This document shows positions 29,038-38,026 of a DNA stretch of 64,000 nucleotides, piece by piece. Position 1 is the stretch's first letter. Every line of letters starts with the position of its first letter. This DNA comes from a bacterium (GTDB taxonomy: Bacteria > Patescibacteriota > Minisyncoccia > Phycocordibacterales > Zambryskibacteraceae). The translations under genes were made by a program, and so were the position numbers. The notes beneath the pieces were generated by a model that was not told the origin of the DNA, searched no databases, and saw only the letters and a program-made list of their open reading frames with translations. The stretch is taken from the NCBI GenBank assembly GCA_030649135.1, contig JAUSGI010000006.1, positions 43,534 through 107,533 on the forward strand. Direction: 5' to 3'.

Positions 29038-29403
29038 CTAGCTTTTAAGATCTAGTTTCTTTACTAGACCCATGGTCATCTTAGAGACTTCAGCAAGAAG
29101 CCCGTTGATTTCAATATACTTCTGTTCAGGAAGAAAAGAAAGCTCCTTAGCAATCTCAATCTGAGTTTCCAATTCTGATGCCGAACCTAAAGCAATGCTG
29201 AGAAAATGCAGAAAATCCTTGGTCGTATGTCTACTTCGACCTTCTGCTATATTCGAAGGGATGGAAACGGCGGAACGGCGTATTGGAGAAGTAATCCCAT
29301 AAATCTCTGATTTGGGAAAATTTTCAGTTACCTCATATACGGCCTTGCAGAGTTGAATTCCTTTCTGCCAAACTGTTAAATCTTTATGAGAATAAATTGG
29401 CAT
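29038..29403 (-). CDS. four-helix-bundle protein of the 23S rRNA intervening-sequence / DGR Avd-like family
   Basis: Hallmark SNIAEGRSRHTTKDFLHFLSIALGSASELETQIEIA. 121 aa. Confidence 0.8.
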   Translation of the reverse strand: MPIYSHKDLTVWQKGIQLCKAVYEVTENFPKSEIYGITSPIRRSAVSIPSNIAEGRSRHTTKDFLHFLSIALGSASELETQIEIAKELSFLPEQKYIEINGLLAEVSKMTMGLVKKLDLKS

Positions 29404-29407
29404 TTGG

Positions 29408-30337
29408 TTAAGCTAGATTTTCCGGTCTTTTAACCTTCACTCTCTGTTGACCGAAAAAAGGACTATAACTTGTTATCTCTTCTGATATAGAAAATCCCAG
29501 AGTTTTTACTATTTTTTCTATCTCATTAAGCGAATCGGCACTAGCGCTTATCTTCGCAGCTCTATCAAGCAACTGTAAATCAAGCTCAGGAAAATCATTC
29601 TCTGCTTTATCCGCAATGCCCCAGTAGTCCCAGGGTAAAGCTTCCCACTTATATAGGGCGGAGATATCACGAACTACGCTTCCTCGTACAAACCACTGAC
29701 CTTTAATATCAATACTTGAGACCCCAAACTTATCTGGATCAGTTCCATGACGAATCATTTTCCACGCTTCCCCCGCAACAATAAATTTATCATATGGGAT
29801 ATTTAGTGGGTTAAGAGTGATCTCATATTTCTTGACTACCGTTTCATCAAGATTAGCATCCACTAGAATCCATTTAGCCTGTTCACTGTCCCAATATTCA
29901 CAAAGCCAATGATCATCATAGAAGTCTTTTTTAATTCCAAAATATTGGTCAAAACCACATCTCAAACGTGCTGGAATATTTTTATGGCGAAGCATTGAAC
30001 AGAGCACTATCGCATAATCTCGGCAACTTCCTACAAAGCGATTACCTGGGTCCCTAATCTGATCGAGAGGTCGATTGTCTCTTGCCATAAGTCGTCCAAG
30101 AATAGTCTCAACATACCGCGTATCAACATCTTTCTGCTTTTCCTCATTTAATGTTTCGCCATAAAGTTCTAGGAAATCTTTATCAATAACAAGATCTTGA
30201 ACTATTTTCACAAGTTCTGGTATAGCATCCGGCAAAACAGCAAAAAGTTTGCCAAACTTACCTGGTTTAGTAACCAAGCTTTGGCTTAAATATATTTCTG
30301 GTATTTCCATGTTCTTCGAAATCAGAACCTGTCTCAA
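29408..30337 (-). CDS. transglutaminase-like cysteine-protease-fold protein
   Basis: Candidate Cys-His-Asp triad in the expected spacing: GSCRDYAIVLCSML ... DDHWLCEYW ... WILVDAN. 309 aa. Confidence 0.55.
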   Translation of the reverse strand: MRQVLISKNMEIPEIYLSQSLVTKPGKFGKLFAVLPDAIPELVKIVQDLVIDKDFLELYGETLNEEKQKDVDTRYVETILGRLMARDNRPLDQIRDPGNRFVGSCRDYAIVLCSMLRHKNIPARLRCGFDQYFGIKKDFYDDHWLCEYWDSEQAKWILVDANLDETVVKKYEITLNPLNIPYDKFIVAGEAWKMIRHGTDPDKFGVSSIDIKGQWFVRGSVVRDISALYKWEALPWDYWGIADKAENDFPELDLQLLDRAAKISASADSLNEIEKIVKTLGFSISEEITSYSPFFGQQRVKVKRPENLA

Positions 30338-30370
30338 GCTGGCTAGTCCCTAGCCACTAGAACCTAGCCA
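30338..30370. repeat. right imperfect inverted repeat flanking the two-gene cassette
   Basis: See the left repeat (29007..29037); the shared core is (a/c)taggttctag. Confidence 0.35.
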
Positions 30371-30721
30371 CTAGTCTAGATTCAAATCCTCCATAGCCTC
30401 ATCAAGGGTCTTGGAGGTATTAGGAGCAGGAGGAGCAATTGGTCCTCGCCTATCTTGCCAAGACTGTCCGCCCATACCGGCAGGTTCATTAATCTTGAGG
30501 TTGATGCGGGCATTATTTTTCATACCTACTACGCGTAGCAAAATCCTGATGGCTTTGGCGGTATTACCGGCTCGACCTATCACCTTACCCATATCGTCAG
30601 GATGAACGTCTAGGGACATGAGCACACCCATTTCATCGACAGTCCTTTTAATCTTAATGTCATCCGGATGTGACACTAATGCTTTCACAACATATTCAAG
30701 AAATTGAACATCATCAATCAT
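30371..30721 (-). CDS. KH-domain RNA-binding protein (KhpA/YlqC-like)
   Basis: KVIGRAGNTAKAIR (GxxG KH motif). Position between rpsP and trmD, as in the conserved rpsP-ylqC-(rimM)-trmD-rplS operon. Confidence 0.75.
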   Translation of the reverse strand: MIDDVQFLEYVVKALVSHPDDIKIKRTVDEMGVLMSLDVHPDDMGKVIGRAGNTAKAIRILLRVVGMKNNARINLKINEPAGMGGQSWQDRRGPIAPPAPNTSKTLDEAMEDLNLD

Positions 30722-30741
30722 GCTCTTTAGTTAAGGAATAA

Positions 30742-31104
30742 TCAGACGGCCTCTTCTGTAATCACAGGCTCTATTATATCATCCGCAACAGGTTTAACTT
30801 CTTCAACCACGGGTTTCTTGGTCTCGGGAGCTTTCTTGGACTTAGCCGAAACATTAATCTTTTTGGCACTGATGATTCTGTGTTTGACCAGAAGGTTGTG
30901 AATGGTGGGAGTTGGGCTAGCACCTTGAGAAAGCCAGTATTTAATGCGTTCAGTTTCCAGAGAATCCCTAGATTGACGAGGGTCATAAGAACCAAGAATT
31001 TCTTTAAAGCGACCACTCTTGGTGCTGTTCTTCGAGTCGGTCAAAACAAGTCGAAAGCTTGGTTCGTGCGTTCTCCCCACCCTCTGCAATCTGATTTTAA
31101 GCAT
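30742..31104 (-). CDS. rpsP: 30S ribosomal protein S16
   Basis: MLKIRLQRVGRTHEPSFRLVLTDS is the canonical S16 N-terminus. C-terminal Lys/Ala-rich extension. Confidence 0.9.
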   Translation of the reverse strand: MLKIRLQRVGRTHEPSFRLVLTDSKNSTKSGRFKEILGSYDPRQSRDSLETERIKYWLSQGASPTPTIHNLLVKHRIISAKKINVSAKSKKAPETKKPVVEEVKPVADDIIEPVITEEAV

Positions 31105-31140
31105 CTGAGCAGATTAACAAGAAAACACGCATCAGTCAAT
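31105..31140 (-). promoter_or_regulatory. putative sigma-70 promoter for the rpsP operon
   Basis: On the minus strand: TTGACT, 17 nt spacer, TAATCT, immediately upstream of the rpsP start. Confidence 0.3.
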
Positions 31141-31147
31141 TTAAAAG

Positions 31148-31173
31148 GAGGGGCGTCAGCTGACGCCCCTCCA
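31148..31173 (-). terminator. perfect 26-nt palindrome terminator after the GC-rich inserted gene
   Basis: ggaggggcgtcagctgacgcccctcc equals its own reverse complement. On the minus strand it is followed by ttttaaattg. Confidence 0.55.
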
Positions 31174-31197
31174 ACGCCAATCATCCCAGGCACCCAC

Positions 31198-31689
31198 CTA
31201 CGCAGAGACGACAGATAAGTCGCAGACACAGAGGAACACATCGTCCTCGTCCAGCTCGCGGTCGAAGCTTGCCAGATGGAAGCCGAAGCCTCCGCGCTCG
31301 AGAACGACGAGGTTGGGCACCTCGTACTTCAAGAGACGTTCCGGCTCGTCGAGGGAGGCATACCACCGGCCCTTACAGAGACTCTCCCTCCATTCTTCAA
31401 AGACGAGGGAGAGACCGGCAGATCCAATGAACACATTTCTTGCTTGCTTGCGACAGAACGCCACCCGCTCTGCGTACGTCGTCTTGCCTGGCATTACTTG
31501 CCCGAATACTCGAAACCACAGCTTGTCACCAGGCCTAGGAATGCGGGTGGGACGGAAATGCCGGTCAGACCTGGCTCTATCGTCGTAAACGAAGTAGCCA
31601 GCATTTTGCTTGCGGAGTGATGCTGGACGATAGTTCTCCGACACCGTGGTCACACCGAAATCATCCAGTAGGTCAAACTTAGTCATCAT
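31198..31689 (-). CDS. hypothetical protein encoded in a GC-rich insertion
   Basis: 163 aa ORF with distinctly higher GC than the flanks, Arg/Asp-rich, with its own terminator. Confidence 0.45.
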   Translation of the reverse strand: MMTKFDLLDDFGVTTVSENYRPASLRKQNAGYFVYDDRARSDRHFRPTRIPRPGDKLWFRVFGQVMPGKTTYAERVAFCRKQARNVFIGSAGLSLVFEEWRESLCKGRWYASLDEPERLLKYEVPNLVVLERGGFGFHLASFDRELDEDDVFLCVCDLSVVSA

Positions 31690-31744
31690 TTCGCCCTTTC
31701 TTGTTCAGGAAATTCTCGCTTGTCTGCCTAAATTATACACATCT

Positions 31745-32623
31745 CTAGAGAGATTGCTCGGCCTCAATAAATTCCTCTAAATTGCCGTTAAGAACTTTTT
31801 CGACATCGTGAACCTCAACATTGGTGCGATGGTCCTTGACCATCTTGTATGGATGAAGCACATAGGAGCGGATCTGGTTGCCCCATTCTATTTGAGTAGT
31901 TTTAGAAATATACATGCCCTTTTCTTTGGCCTTACGCTCGTCTTCGAGCAGTTTGTATAACTTCGCTTCAAGCAGAATTTGGGCTTTCTCTCTATTCTGC
32001 ACTTGAGAACGTTCGGATTCCACATGCACCGAGAGGTTAGTGGGTATGTGTACGAGACGTACTGCCGTTTCGCGTTTATTGACATTTTGCCCCCCGGGAC
32101 CGCTTGACTTCGAATACTCGGTCTTAATATCTTCCGGCGGAATTTTCACCTCGTCCGGTTTCTCAAATTTAGGAATAACCTCCACCATCGAAAACGAGGT
32201 GTGCCGAAGCGCTTTGGCGTTGAAAGGCGAGATACGCACCAGACGGTGAACGCCCGATTCATTCTTCAACGTGCCATAAACATTTTTGCCATTTATCTCC
32301 AGAGTGATATTTCTATAACCGCCATGGTCATTTTCATTTTTATGGATAATAGAGTATTGCCACTTTTGTTTATCAAAAAATTTCAAATACATTTCTAAAA
32401 GAATTTTGGAGAAATCCTCGGCGTCATCTCCCCCCGCGCCGGAGAAAATGGTCATGACAGCCCCACCCTTGTCATACTTTCCTGCTCCCATAAGTTCACT
32501 TTTCAGTGATTCATACTCACGGATAGTGGCTTGAGCCCTGTCTTTATCCGCCCAAAAGTCCGCCGAGCTCATCGCTTCCTCGATTGCTTCGATTTTTTGC
32601 TTTATTTCTTCCGGCTTGGACAT
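31745..32623 (-). CDS. prfB: peptide chain release factor 2, short form
   Basis: SPF tripeptide (RF2-type) and GGQ motif GPGGQNVNKRETAVRL. 292 aa. No programmed +1 frameshift is apparent; the start overlaps the upstream stop (TAATG). Confidence 0.85.
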   Translation of the reverse strand: MSKPEEIKQKIEAIEEAMSSADFWADKDRAQATIREYESLKSELMGAGKYDKGGAVMTIFSGAGGDDAEDFSKILLEMYLKFFDKQKWQYSIIHKNENDHGGYRNITLEINGKNVYGTLKNESGVHRLVRISPFNAKALRHTSFSMVEVIPKFEKPDEVKIPPEDIKTEYSKSSGPGGQNVNKRETAVRLVHIPTNLSVHVESERSQVQNREKAQILLEAKLYKLLEDERKAKEKGMYISKTTQIEWGNQIRSYVLHPYKMVKDHRTNVEVHDVEKVLNGNLEEFIEAEQSL

Positions 32624-33018
32624 TATTTAAACTGGATTTGAAAATTATACATCCCCATCGCGCAAAGTCCCTGTAGGGTCGAACCCGATTCTTGAGGGGG
32701 CAACTCTACCAAAGTCTCGCCTGACGGCGGCAAATTATTGCGGTAACCCAAACTTGGAATTACCAGTGCCGCCGAACAATCGAAGGTGCCCAGCGTATTG
32801 ATTTTGATAACCGTCGGTATGCCCGCTTCGGCGACCGTCATTTTAGGCGAATAGCCGCCCTTAGCACTAATTTCAATTATTTGTTTGCCGTCAGTCACAC
32901 TCACGTTATTAGCATCTTGTGGCGTAGTACCGTCTGAATCTTTGCGACTGCCAACAAGCATAATAGCTCCTCCAATAAGAACGACAGTAACCAGTATAGA
33001 TATAGCTGTTATTCTCAT
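32623..33018 (-). CDS. membrane-anchored cupredoxin-like small protein
   Basis: N-terminal TM helix. C-terminal beta-rich domain with Cys/Met/His residues (FDCSAAL...GLCAMGMYNF). Adjacent to the copper ATPase. Confidence 0.45.
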   Translation of the reverse strand: MRITAISILVTVVLIGGAIMLVGSRKDSDGTTPQDANNVSVTDGKQIIEISAKGGYSPKMTVAEAGIPTVIKINTLGTFDCSAALVIPSLGYRNNLPPSGETLVELPPQESGSTLQGLCAMGMYNFQIQFK

Positions 33019-33042
33019 AAGTTAGTACTTTAGCAATTTTAG

Positions 33043-34062
33043 TCAGAAATTAAAAATCGGCTGGATAATACCAGCGGCGGCCAAAACATTGACGAGGTTA
33101 AAGAGGCCGAAAAATATTACCACAAGACCTGCCGTTTTAAAGAATACCCCCGACTGCGCCTTCTTATGAATACCAAGCGAGCTGAAACTCAAGAGTGCCA
33201 ACACTGGCAGAGTACCCAACGCAAATGCCGACATAATCAACGCTCCGGCCATAAAACTTCCGGTTGTCAAAGTGTAAATCTGCATCGATTGGGTAAAGCC
33301 ACATGGCAAAAAGAATGTTACTGCGCCAATCAGGAGGGGGGTGAGGGTATGATTTAAGTTTTTGAGACCGTGAATATGTTTACCGACAAAACTTGGGAGA
33401 GTCGGCTGAAGTTTCTTGGCCCACGGGAAGACATCGAGGAGGTTAACGCCCAGAATTAACAAGACAAGCGCCACGGCCAAACTTAAAACTAAAGTGGCGG
33501 TCGCGCCAAGTTGAAATGCTGAGCCAAGCGCGCCGATTGCACCACCTAGCAGAAAGAAAGATACCAGTCGGCCGACATGGAACAAAACCTGCGGGCGCAC
33601 CTTGTCGCCCTCTTTGGCAAAATTCGTGGACATGGAAAGCACGAGACCTCCCACCACCGCCATACAAGTAGAGACGGAAGCAATGAGACCCACTACAAAC
33701 GCCGTGCCGTAACCAACCTCCGATGCCGTGATTAAATTCACAATGCCGAGCTTTTGTAAAATAATAAATAGAGCAATAAACGCTCCCGCGGCAGGAAGAG
33801 CAATCCGGAAATCAGACCACTTGACCGAGTGTCGCTGTTTTTCGACAGAAAGGGTGTAACCATGCGGTTTCAATATCACGCTCAAATCTCGCGCAATGTG
33901 TTCCGCTTCCTTGTCACCGAAGTCGCCGGTGACTTCAACATTAAAATGCTTAAGTGATGCTTTCACATTGGAAACTTCCGGTACCGCACCGAGTTCACTT
34001 TCTATAAGCACCGCGCATGAGTTGCAGTGCATACCGTTGACGTGAAATATACAGGTTTTCAT
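33043..34062 (-). CDS. heavy-metal-associated (HMA) domain fused to a polytopic CcdA/DsbD-like membrane protein
   Basis: N-terminal HMA fold with GMHCNSC. Multi-pass membrane domain with conserved Cys in TM helices (STCMA, LPCGF). 339 aa. Confidence 0.5.
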   Translation of the reverse strand: MKTCIFHVNGMHCNSCAVLIESELGAVPEVSNVKASLKHFNVEVTGDFGDKEAEHIARDLSVILKPHGYTLSVEKQRHSVKWSDFRIALPAAGAFIALFIILQKLGIVNLITASEVGYGTAFVVGLIASVSTCMAVVGGLVLSMSTNFAKEGDKVRPQVLFHVGRLVSFFLLGGAIGALGSAFQLGATATLVLSLAVALVLLILGVNLLDVFPWAKKLQPTLPSFVGKHIHGLKNLNHTLTPLLIGAVTFFLPCGFTQSMQIYTLTTGSFMAGALIMSAFALGTLPVLALLSFSSLGIHKKAQSGVFFKTAGLVVIFFGLFNLVNVLAAAGIIQPIFNF

Positions 34063-34066
34063 AGAG

Positions 34067-36358
34067 TTATAATGTTTTCGCTTTTATACGAAGTGAATTC
34101 GATACTACCGACACAGAGGACATCGCCATCGCAAACCCCGCAAAGACCGGTGAGAGAAGCCAACCAAAAATTGGGTAAAATAATCCTGCCGCCAACGGAA
34201 TTCCGACAATGTTGTAAATAAACGCCCAGAAAAGATTCTGTTTAATACCTCGCATAGTTAATTTGGATAACTTGACTGCTTTAACCAGTTTAGAGATATC
34301 TCCGCCAAGAAGTGTAATACCGGCGGTCTCAATCGCTACGTCAGTGCCAGTGCCCATGGCAATTCCCACGTCAGCTTGAGCCAGCGCCGGCGCATCGTTG
34401 ACGCCATCCCCCGCCATGGCCACCACTTTGCCTTGTGACTGTAAGTCTTTTATCTTTTCCAATTTATCCTGCGGCGAGACATGGGCGATGACATCGTCAA
34501 TACCGACCAGAGAAGCCATATGCTTTGCCGCTTTCTCGTCATCCCCCGTCAGCATGACGACCTTGATGCCCAGTTTATGAAGGTCGACAATCGCTTGTTT
34601 GGACTCTGTTTTAACTTCGTCCGCCACCATCACAAACCCGAGCACATTGTCTTGGGTTGCAAGAATGACAGGCGTTTTACCTTGCGCGGTGAACAAATCA
34701 ATTTTGGAAGCATCGAATGATACCCCGAGGTCTTTAATAAGTTTGGCATTACCGACATAATATGTCACACCATTGACTACTCCTTTCAGCCCTTTGCCTT
34801 GGATACTTTCGAAATCGGTGACACTTTCTGCATTTATATTTCTCTCCTGCGCATAATTCACGATTGCGTGCGCGATTGGATGTTCTGATTTTTTTTCAAG
34901 CGAAGCAAGAACTGATATGAGCTCGTCGCTCTTTAGGTTAGACATGTTTTGAATATCAACCAGAGTCGGCTTGCCGATAGTGATGGTGCCGGTTTTATCG
35001 ACGATAACCGTATCTACTTTATGGAGTTTCTCAAGAGTAGCCGCGTCTTTAATTAAAATACCTTCTTTGGCGCCCTTACCCACTCCCACGATAATCGCCG
35101 TTGGTGTCGCTAAACCAAGCGCGCAAGGGCAAGCGATGACGAGCACCCCCACAAATGACACCAGTCCGTAAGACAACGCCTGTGAGAATCCAAGCAAACC
35201 GGTACCGATAGAGAGCCAAGCCCCTAAGGTCAGAAAAGCGATGGCCAGAGTAATGGGTACGAAGACGCTTGAGATTTTATCGGCCAGAGCTTGAATCGGC
35301 GCCCTGCTTCCCTGTGCATCTTCCACCATCTGTATGATATGCGCGAGTAATGTTTCCGATCCGACCTTGGTAGCTTTAAATATAAACGACCCGCTGGTAT
35401 TTATCGTTGCGGCAACCACAGTATCTCCAACCTTCTTTTGAACTGGCATTGATTCACCCGTGACCATAGATTCGTCGATAAACGAAGAACCCTCCGCAAC
35501 GACACCATCAACCGGAATCTTTGCCCCCGGTTTGATAATAATAAGATCGCCATGCTTGACCTCACCTACGCCAACTTCTACTTCTTTTCCATCGCGCATT
35601 ACCAAAGCAGTCTTGGCTTGTAGATTCAGAAGCTTTTCGATAGCATCGCCAGTTTTTAATTTCGACCGGGCTTCCAAATATTTTCCAAGCGCGATAAAAG
35701 TAATGACGATAATGGTGACGTCATAATATGTCACACTAACGTCTATGAAAGGTTTGAGCACCTCCTCAAACGCAGTCACTGCCAAACTGTACAAGTATGC
35801 AGTCAGGGTACCGATACCAATAAGCGTATCCATATTGGCTTTGCCATAGCGGAGGAAACGATAGAAGCCGAGTAGGTATGGTTTTCCCACTACAAAAAGT
35901 GTATACGTCGCCATTAAAGGCAAAAGGTGATGAAAAAATTCACTAGTTACTTCACCCATTACCGGTGCTGCATTATATCGGGCCAGGATATCCCAGCTCA
36001 TGATAAAAATACTGACTGCAGCAAGCGGTATGGCCGACACCACTTTCGACCGCATATCCACCACTTCCGCAAGCTTTTCTTTCTTTGACTGATTAACGCC
36101 TAAGTGCGCGGCGTGTTCGTCTACCGACATCCCCATTTCTCGAGCAGTGGGTACGAGTAGAGAATATCCAAGCGGTTCAATCTGTCGGGAAAGAGCTTCG
36201 GGATTTGTCTTGGATGGGTCAAAAGAGACTTTGGCTTTTTCCGTGCCATAATTAACCTTAACAGACTCGACTCCCTCAACTTTTTTAAAAGTCTTTTCAA
36301 TCGTTGACGAACATGAGGCGCAATGCATTCCTTTCACCTGATAAGTCTCGGTGCGCAT
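34067..36358 (-). CDS. copA: copper-translocating P1B-type ATPase
   Basis: N-terminal HMA GMHCASC; CPC motif [12 protein letters not shown]; DKTGTIT phosphorylation site; [10 protein letters not shown] hinge. 763 aa. Confidence 0.9.
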   Translation of the reverse strand: MRTETYQVKGMHCASCSSTIEKTFKKVEGVESVKVNYGTEKAKVSFDPSKTNPEALSRQIEPLGYSLLVPTAREMGMSVDEHAAHLGVNQSKKEKLAEVVDMRSKVVSAIPLAAVSIFIMSWDILARYNAAPVMGEVTSEFFHHLLPLMATYTLFVVGKPYLLGFYRFLRYGKANMDTLIGIGTLTAYLYSLAVTAFEEVLKPFIDVSVTYYDVTIIVITFIALGKYLEARSKLKTGDAIEKLLNLQAKTALVMRDGKEVEVGVGEVKHGDLIIIKPGAKIPVDGVVAEGSSFIDESMVTGESMPVQKKVGDTVVAATINTSGSFIFKATKVGSETLLAHIIQMVEDAQGSRAPIQALADKISSVFVPITLAIAFLTLGAWLSIGTGLLGFSQALSYGLVSFVGVLVIACPCALGLATPTAIIVGVGKGAKEGILIKDAATLEKLHKVDTVIVDKTGTITIGKPTLVDIQNMSNLKSDELISVLASLEKKSEHPIAHAIVNYAQERNINAESVTDFESIQGKGLKGVVNGVTYYVGNAKLIKDLGVSFDASKIDLFTAQGKTPVILATQDNVLGFVMVADEVKTESKQAIVDLHKLGIKVVMLTGDDEKAAKHMASLVGIDDVIAHVSPQDKLEKIKDLQSQGKVVAMAGDGVNDAPALAQADVGIAMGTGTDVAIETAGITLLGGDISKLVKAVKLSKLTMRGIKQNLFWAFIYNIVGIPLAAGLFYPIFGWLLSPVFAGFAMAMSSVSVVSNSLRIKAKTL

Positions 36359-36359
36359 A

Positions 36360-36635
36360 TTACTTTCTTTTAAGTTTATACACCTTGAGAATCTCCTCTG
36401 TCGCTTTGTGTGTCTGTCCGGACTTCACTTGGCGTAAGATGCAACTTTCCAAATGATTACCCAACAGTAAATCCTCAACATTCGAAAGACCTTGTTTAAC
36501 CGCCGATGTCTGGGTTATGACATTTATGCAATAGGTATCCTTTTCCACCATTTCTTGAAGTCCTCGGATTTGACCTTCCAGAATCTTGAGCCGGCGGACA
36601 ATCCGATGCTTACTTTTGCTTTCCATATATTTCAT
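36360..36635 (-). CDS. csoR: CsoR/RcnR-family metal-sensing transcriptional repressor
   Basis: Start taken at [29 protein letters not shown]. Conserved Cys...His...Cys ligand positions (CINVI...H...ESC). The track ORF extends to 36689. Confidence 0.65.
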   Translation of the reverse strand: MKYMESKSKHRIVRRLKILEGQIRGLQEMVEKDTYCINVITQTSAVKQGLSNVEDLLLGNHLESCILRQVKSGQTHKATEEILKVYKLKRK

Positions 36636-36700
36636 GCAGGAATAGTATATACCCCCATGGGGTATAGTCAAGCCTCTACCTGTGGACAATACGCCCAGAC

Positions 36701-36776
36701 TGGAGCCGGAGGCGAGATTCGAACTCGCGACTTACCCCTTACGAAGGGGTTACTCTACCAACTGAGTTACTCCGGC
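36701..36776 (-). tRNA. tRNA-Thr (anticodon CGU), CCA encoded
   Basis: Manual cloverleaf: GCCGGAG/CTCCGGC acceptor, D-loop AGTTGGTA, anticodon loop TTCGTAA, T-loop TTCGAAT, then TCCA. Confidence 0.85.
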
Positions 36777-36826
36777 TTACTGCTCTACTTCACCCCGCCT
36801 AGCCCGGGCGGGGCAAGCTGAGCTAA
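36777..36826. repeat. about 50 bp element immediately 5' of tRNA-Thr(CGU), copy A
   Basis: ttactgctctacttcaccccgcctagcccgggcggggcaagctgagcta shares about 85% identity with 36940..36990 and contains the hairpin ccccgcc/ggcgggg. Confidence 0.6.
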
Positions 36827-36863
36827 GGTGGCACTACTTCGCCTAGGCTACGAAGTGCGAAGC

Positions 36864-36939
36864 TGGAGCCAGAGGGGAGAATCGGACTCCCGACCTCTTT
36901 CTTACCATGAAAGCGTTCTACCACTGAACTACTCTGGCT
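36864..36939 (-). tRNA. tRNA-Thr (anticodon GGU), CCA encoded
   Basis: Manual cloverleaf: GCCAGAG/CTCTGGC acceptor, D-loop AGTGGTA, anticodon loop ATGGTAA, T-stem GGGAG/CTCCC, T-loop TCCGATT. Confidence 0.8.
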
Positions 36940-36990
36940 TATTGTGCTCTACTTCACCCCACCTAAGTCAGGCGGGGCAAGCTGAGCTAT
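36940..36990. repeat. about 50 bp element immediately 5' of tRNA-Thr(GGU), copy B
   Basis: ttattgtgctctacttcaccccacctaagtcaggcggggcaagctgagcta. Confidence 0.6.
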
Positions 36991-37067
36991 CTTGGCAAAC
37001 AAAAGAATGGCTCTAATCTTATAGAGTTTAAAGCCCTTTTGCAAAATAGCGTCCGGATGACTGGTCG

Positions 37068-37952
37068 CTAATCGTCATCCTCCTCTCCTTCCTCATCTTC
37101 CTGCTTATCAAGCTTGTCTTCTACTTCCTCCAGACTTTTATCCGCCTGCTTCGCTAGTTGTTTGGCCCCTTGGTAATTTTCCTTTTGAAATAACTCTTTG
37201 GCTTGGGCCAGGAGTCTGTCAAATTTGGTAAAGAAACCCTGGGTCAGAACAACGCCATTCTTTTCAGCGTCGGCCAATAATTTTTGTTTCTCTGCCTCTG
37301 CTTCTCTGATGGCTTGTTCCGCGTCATCTTTCTTATCCAGTTCTTTCTCAATTTTGTCTTCTTCCTGTTCCATAGCTTTTTTCTGTTCGTCTTTTTGGAG
37401 TTCCAACGCCTTCTTCTGGCTATCTATATCAAGCAATTCTTTGGTTAAGGACTCCACCAGAGCGGTGTTGCCAGCTTGCCGAGCCTCTTGGATTTGATCT
37501 TTGAGTTCTTCCTTCCTGATTTTCAAAACTCGCTTCTGGTCTTTAAAAGACTGGTCAAGGGCACTTCGGGAAGCTTCAAATTGGTCATCAAGCTCTTTGG
37601 CAAGCTTACTGACATCTTTACCTTCGGTTTTTTCTTTCGTGATTATGTCGGAAACCCTGGCAAGGTGCGCGTCCATTCTGCTTTGGGCAACCTCAAGACC
37701 TTTGGCATCTATGCCGTCTGTTTCCAAGAGAATTTTAATCTCGGCAATACGTTCGGAAGCAAAACTAATCTGCAGACGAGCTTTTGCCTCTGGACTGAAA
37801 GCCAGAAACTCTTGTAAAGCCTCACCCAATTTGTCCAAGAAATAAAAAGAGTTTAGCGGAGTCAGTCCGGCATTCGGCAACTCTGGCTCGGCCTGGGCCA
37901 GCGAGATAAACGGAACCAGCAACAAAACCGCAAGATATTTTTTGGTCTTCAT
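37068..37952 (-). CDS. secreted coiled-coil protein with acidic C-terminus
   Basis: Signal peptide MKTKKYLAVLLLVPFISLAQA; long Lys/Glu/Ala/Leu heptad-like region; C-terminal EDEEGEEDDD. Confidence 0.5.
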   Translation of the reverse strand: MKTKKYLAVLLLVPFISLAQAEPELPNAGLTPLNSFYFLDKLGEALQEFLAFSPEAKARLQISFASERIAEIKILLETDGIDAKGLEVAQSRMDAHLARVSDIITKEKTEGKDVSKLAKELDDQFEASRSALDQSFKDQKRVLKIRKEELKDQIQEARQAGNTALVESLTKELLDIDSQKKALELQKDEQKKAMEQEEDKIEKELDKKDDAEQAIREAEAEKQKLLADAEKNGVVLTQGFFTKFDRLLAQAKELFQKENYQGAKQLAKQADKSLEEVEDKLDKQEDEEGEEDDD

Positions 37953-38026
37953 GAATAAGCCTAAAATATTAATACTTAGATTATACCATGGTGCGCTGGG
38001 TAGTGGACCGCGGAACTAGGATTATG

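Noticed and set aside
29038-30337. Possibility that the Avd-like four-helix-bundle gene marks a diversity-generating retroelement.
   Set aside because: No reverse transcriptase gene and no template/variable repeat pair were found adjacent to the cassette.
31745-32700. Looked for the canonical RF2 programmed +1 frameshift (short upstream ORF ending CUU UGA C).
   Set aside because: prfB's ATG directly overlaps the stop of the upstream cupredoxin-like gene (TAATG); there is no separate upstream mini-ORF, so the gene appears to be a single frame.
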